The translations under genes and the position numbers were made by a program. A stretch of DNA of 64,000 nt from Candidatus Poribacteria bacterium. GTDB lineage: Bacteria > Poribacteria > WGA-4E > WGA-3G. Position 1 is the first letter of the stretch. Every line of letters begins with the position of its first letter. Below are positions 60,401 through 64,000 of this stretch, piece after piece. The stretch spans positions 128,001 through 192,000 of the forward strand of contig CAXXUA010000003.1 in NCBI GenBank assembly GCA_963663765.2, given 5' to 3'. A model generated the notes under the pieces. The model was not told the DNA's origin, made no database searches, and saw only the letters and a program-made list of their open reading frames with translations.

Positions 60401-60560
60401 GCCCTTCCTTATAGAATTATATCATATCTCGTTGAGGTTGTCAAGAATAAGATACGATTTTGCAAAGGTCATCATTTTCATAACTTCAAACGCGAGCAAA
60501 TAAAACAAAAGGCAGGTAATGCGATCACCCGCCTTCGTTAAATCAATATACAAAATCTGC

Positions 60561-61025
60561 TTATAGCTTATCAAGTTCACTCAAGACCTGTTCAGCAGTC
60601 AACGTATTGTCTGGTGGTGCATCTTCAACGTGTTTGAATGCGATTTTGCCAGCACCGTCAACAATGAAAACACCCCGTGTCGTAATGCCGACCTCTTCCA
60701 ATGCCATGCCATACTGTTTTGAAACTTCAAGGTTCATATCTGAGAGGAGTGGAAAATCGACACCACCAAGAGACTCACTCCACGCTTTGTGTGCAAAAGC
60801 TGAATCGCGATTAATCGCAATCACATCCGCACCTTTTGCACGGATAGCATCTAAGTTTTCATTAAAATCTGGTACTTGTTCGGAACAGACCGGTGAAAAA
60901 TCTAATGGATAGAAAAGTAAAACCAACTTTTTGCCTTTAAAGTCAGACAATGAAACTTCTGTGTCATCCTGATTTGTTGAACCTGTTAAACTAAAATCTG
61001 GAGCAGCATTTCCTACTTCTGCCAT
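60561..61025 (-). CDS. Peroxiredoxin (AhpC/TSA, AhpE-like)
   Basis: FYPLDFSPVC peroxidatic motif, FPLLSD and RGVFIVD. AGGAGGT RBS before ATG 61025. Confidence 0.9.
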   Translation of the reverse strand: MAEVGNAAPDFSLTGSTNQDDTEVSLSDFKGKKLVLLFYPLDFSPVCSEQVPDFNENLDAIRAKGADVIAINRDSAFAHKAWSESLGGVDFPLLSDMNLEVSKQYGMALEEVGITTRGVFIVDGAGKIAFKHVEDAPPDNTLTAEQVLSELDKL

Positions 61026-61619
61026 TAAATACCTCCTATCGTAACTTGTAAAAAGTAACATGTAAAAAATAATAAAATATCCTTATAAAATAATACCATA
61101 TATCTGTGAGAAAACCAAATTAAACTGAATGAATATAAGGTCAGAGGTATTCAATTGTCACGAAGCATCTTTGTTGAAGGACATTTCAACAATAGAATCC
61201 CAATAGATTATACATGATTTCTATTGTTCTCAAAACAGTAAAACACTACAAACTCACACCACCATAAGGTATAATATAACCCATACTCACAAATGAAATC
61301 CAAACTTTTGGTCTAATACAAACAAGTCACACCAAAATCACAGGCAGACAAATTAAAGAACAAATATGCAGCTGACAAGTCCAAAACAGATACAAAAATA
61401 CACGACAAAAAAACGACAAAAAAACCCATTTAGTTGTTTTTTTCAAAATTTCGCAAATTTATAATACCCTCATAATCCCATACCACGACACGATCGATAA
61501 CACTTATGAAAAAAATGCAAGAAACACGAAAAAAACAACTAAAAATTTCCACGATGAGGACAAGATACACAAATTGGAGACATTCAATTGTCGATTAATC
61601 ATACACGTTAACAATATAA

Positions 61620-61952
61620 CGACTTGTGCCAGTTAACTAAATGTTTATACTAAATTCACATATATTGGGTATGGTATATAAACATTTCGTCCCATAGGCG
61701 TCAATTTAAGGATTTTCACCTCTTGTGGGAGGGGTTTTCAACCCCGATTTTTTAGTGCATTTCCGCTCAAATCGGGGTTGAAAACCCCTCCCACAAGAAA
61801 AATGACAACAATATTTTCTTAAATTGACGCCAATGGGTATATAAACATTTCGTCCCCACGGGACTAAAGATCATGCAAAGCAAAAGAAGGACGGTTAAAT
61901 CCTCTTGTCTATGTGAAGTAATATTTAATAAATAGTTATTTAGCACAAGTCG
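61620..61952. mobile_element. MITE family A with nested MITE family B (61693-61835)
   Basis: Outer TIR CGACTTGTGC / GCACAAGTCG; inner TIR TAGGCGTCAATTTAAG. The 20-bp GGTATATAAACATTTCGTCC is duplicated at 61673-92 and 61836-55. Confidence 0.85.
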
Positions 61953-62072
61953 CTACTTTCAGGCAATTGGTAATTTTTTCTGTACACGAATCTTGTCTAT
62001 GACTGGGTTTTTCCGAAGATAAAATTACCAATTTTACCAATTAGTAACTTAACGTAAATTGAGCAATATCCT

Positions 62073-62370
62073 GATTTGTGCCAGTTAACTAAATGGTTCT
62101 TTCGGCAATTAATTTTAGCATAAAATAAAAGTCCAATGCTGAAGAACCCAGTAGTCATCTGTTTAAGTAGTAGATCGTCAATGGAAACATATAATAAATA
62201 CTTATCAAGAAAACCACTAAATATTTATACTAAATTTACATATGTTGGGTATGATATATAAACATTTCGTCCCTACAGGACTGAAGATCGTTTCAACCTA
62301 TGAGGGACACCTGCAAAACGTTATGCTTATGTGAAACAATGGTTTACATAAAGTCATTTAGCACAACTCG
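62073..62370. mobile_element. MITE family A copy with internal insertion
   Basis: GATTTGTGCCAGTTAACTAAAT ... TTTAGCACAACTCG; ~120 bp of extra sequence between repeated ACTAAAT. Confidence 0.7.
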
Positions 62371-62566
62371 TAATATAGTGTTTCTGTAGATGGGGAAAAT
62401 TGGGTTGAAAACTTCTACTACAAGAGTACATTTCGACAATTGAATGCCTCTGAATATAGGTAATTCATGTATTATATTTTCATTTATTATGCTATTATAT
62501 TGTAGACAAGGTTATGAAGTTCACACAACATATCTTATTGAAAAAATTGTTTCTTGGATACAAAAA

Positions 62567-63775
62567 ATGAAAATCTCTAAAAAATCAATCCTAATCTTAG
62601 TTATAATAGTTTCCGCGTGGACATTCGCGTTTTTTACAATACGCCATTGGTATATTCATTCAGTAAAAATTCCAGCACGTGTGAAATCACTCAGTCCAAT
62701 TGCCGAGTTTACCATTGGTGCTAACATTGGCGGTTATTACATTGGAGATCGAATTGACGTAATTGCATTTTCACCAACAAACCCAGACCTTATTGCAGTC
62801 GCCGGATGGGAAGACGAAATACAGCTGTGGAACATAAACAATACAGAAACACCAGAAGCAAAACTAACTGGTCATGTTGGTACAGAGATTGTATCAAATT
62901 CTAGTGTTAATTGCCTCGTATTCTTACAGTCAGGAGAACAGCTTGCATGTAAAACATATAGTACATTCAGTCTTTGGAGTATACCTTCCGGTAAGTTATT
63001 AAATACAAATTCCCTTGATATGCGTTCTTTCTCATCTACTATTTCTCCCGTTACTCCAATTCTCGCTACGGGTTTGCATGATGTGAAACTTTGGGATCTT
63101 AGCGACCCAAATGAGATAAAAGGAACAGTTGTATTACCGCCAAAGTTGGGACAACAAGCAATATCACACGAAGATGTAATATGGACTTCAGGGCATTTAT
63201 CAAAACGTGCGACAAAACACCATAATGAAACAATAAATCAGAAGTATAAATTTATTGATTTTTCACATGATGGGAAATGGCTTGCTGCGGGTGGAGAAAT
63301 GCATGACTATGACCGAAAAATAGCACTTGACATGGTAAAAATTTGGGATCTAAATACTAAGCAGCTATTCAAGATTATTAAGAGTGATCTACCGGATGAC
63401 TTTAAACTTGGTTACTATTATGCAGACATTTATACTATCAAATTTTCACCGGATAACCGTTTTTTCGCAGTCGCACATAAAAGCGGATTGACAATTTGGT
63501 CACTTCCTGAATGGAATATATACCGTAAAGTAGATGAACCGGGCATCTTTGATATAGCATTTTCACCTAATGGCAATATGTTCGCAACTGCGGGTCGTAA
63601 ATTAAAAATCTGGTTAACAGAAAGTAAAACGCCAATTGAATTATATGAAAATGAGTTTGCTTTTGCCCACCCACGTATAATTACTTTTTCTCCAGATGGC
63701 AGTTTCCTTGCGGGGGGTTATTCTGATGGATTTGTTCAGATCTGGAATATGAGGAATATAGCGGAATATAAATGA
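62567..63775 (+). CDS. Membrane-anchored WD40 repeat protein
   Basis: N-terminal TM; repeated FSP-D/N...IW motifs. Start moved to MKISKK. Confidence 0.85.
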   Translation: MKISKKSILILVIIVSAWTFAFFTIRHWYIHSVKIPARVKSLSPIAEFTIGANIGGYYIGDRIDVIAFSPTNPDLIAVAGWEDEIQLWNINNTETPEAKLTGHVGTEIVSNSSVNCLVFLQSGEQLACKTYSTFSLWSIPSGKLLNTNSLDMRSFSSTISPVTPILATGLHDVKLWDLSDPNEIKGTVVLPPKLGQQAISHEDVIWTSGHLSKRATKHHNETINQKYKFIDFSHDGKWLAAGGEMHDYDRKIALDMVKIWDLNTKQLFKIIKSDLPDDFKLGYYYADIYTIKFSPDNRFFAVAHKSGLTIWSLPEWNIYRKVDEPGIFDIAFSPNGNMFATAGRKLKIWLTESKTPIELYENEFAFAHPRIITFSPDGSFLAGGYSDGFVQIWNMRNIAEYK

Positions 63776-64000
63776 AAAATAAAAAACGATTACTCTTTTT
63801 ACTGACTTTAGTTATTGTGGTAGTTGGTGTTGTAGTCTTTTTCATCTCTCGTCCGCACCATGAGGAATTGCTCCCTCAGACATTCGCGGAGCTGCCAGAC
63901 AAACCTAAACTCATTGCGGCATTTAATCACAGTGCAACGCTTAATTCTGACATAGTTTACCCAGAAGGTTTTTCTTCAGAATCAGCACCACGAATTTATG
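63772..64000 (+). CDS. Partial membrane-anchored protein (likely another WD40 protein)
   Basis: ATGA overlap with the previous stop; MKNKKRLLFLLTLVIVVVGVVVFF TM; the frame is open to the window end. Confidence 0.6.
   Translation, partial: MKNKKRLLFLLTLVIVVVGVVVFFISRPHHEELLPQTFAELPDKPKLIAAFNHSATLNSDIVYPEGFSSESAPRIY

Noticed and set aside
61061-61620. Long intergenic region with inverted repeat TTTAGTTGTTTTTTTC / GAAAAAAACAACTAAA
   Set aside because: Low-complexity A-rich sequence with no recognisable RNA family, DnaA-box cluster or ORF; a feature cannot be supported.

Overview
This is an AT-rich bacterial window, most likely Candidatus Poribacteria. That assignment is inferred from the C-terminal 'PVEPxxKLATTWG' motif, PhyH, WD40 and TPR genes, and the dense REP/MITE load. 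Positions 1-16.9 kb form an accessory/defence island: a partial wHTH gene, an MTase-HNH fusion, a SEFIR/TIR protein, a rod-like structured RNA candidate, a possible ART-fold protein, a duplicated secreted-protein cassette hit by two IS elements, a ClpP-class SDH protease, an RHH-like protein and DUF2806. Positions 17-32 kb are mostly housekeeping (HU, GHMP kinase, MoxR, sigma54 activator, secDF, tRNA-Arg, apt, sugar dehydrogenases, rpe). Positions 32.4-39.6 kb hold a compact type III-A CRISPR effector operon (cas10-csm2-csm3-csm4-csm5-CARF/RelE) with no cas6, cas1/2 or array in the window. Its Csm2 carries an N-terminal cold-shock domain and its Cas10 appears to lack the usual zinc finger; this is the most striking feature. 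Positions 42.4-46 kb are a diversifying cluster of exported Cys/His-rich repeat proteins. Positions 46-64 kb contain metabolic genes, mutS2-dnaG-rpoD, tRNA-Gly, a peroxiredoxin, WD40 proteins and several MITE families, including a tandem MITE array and a MITE making ~20-bp target duplications in REP-like sequences. All calls come from reading motifs by eye; no database searches were run.
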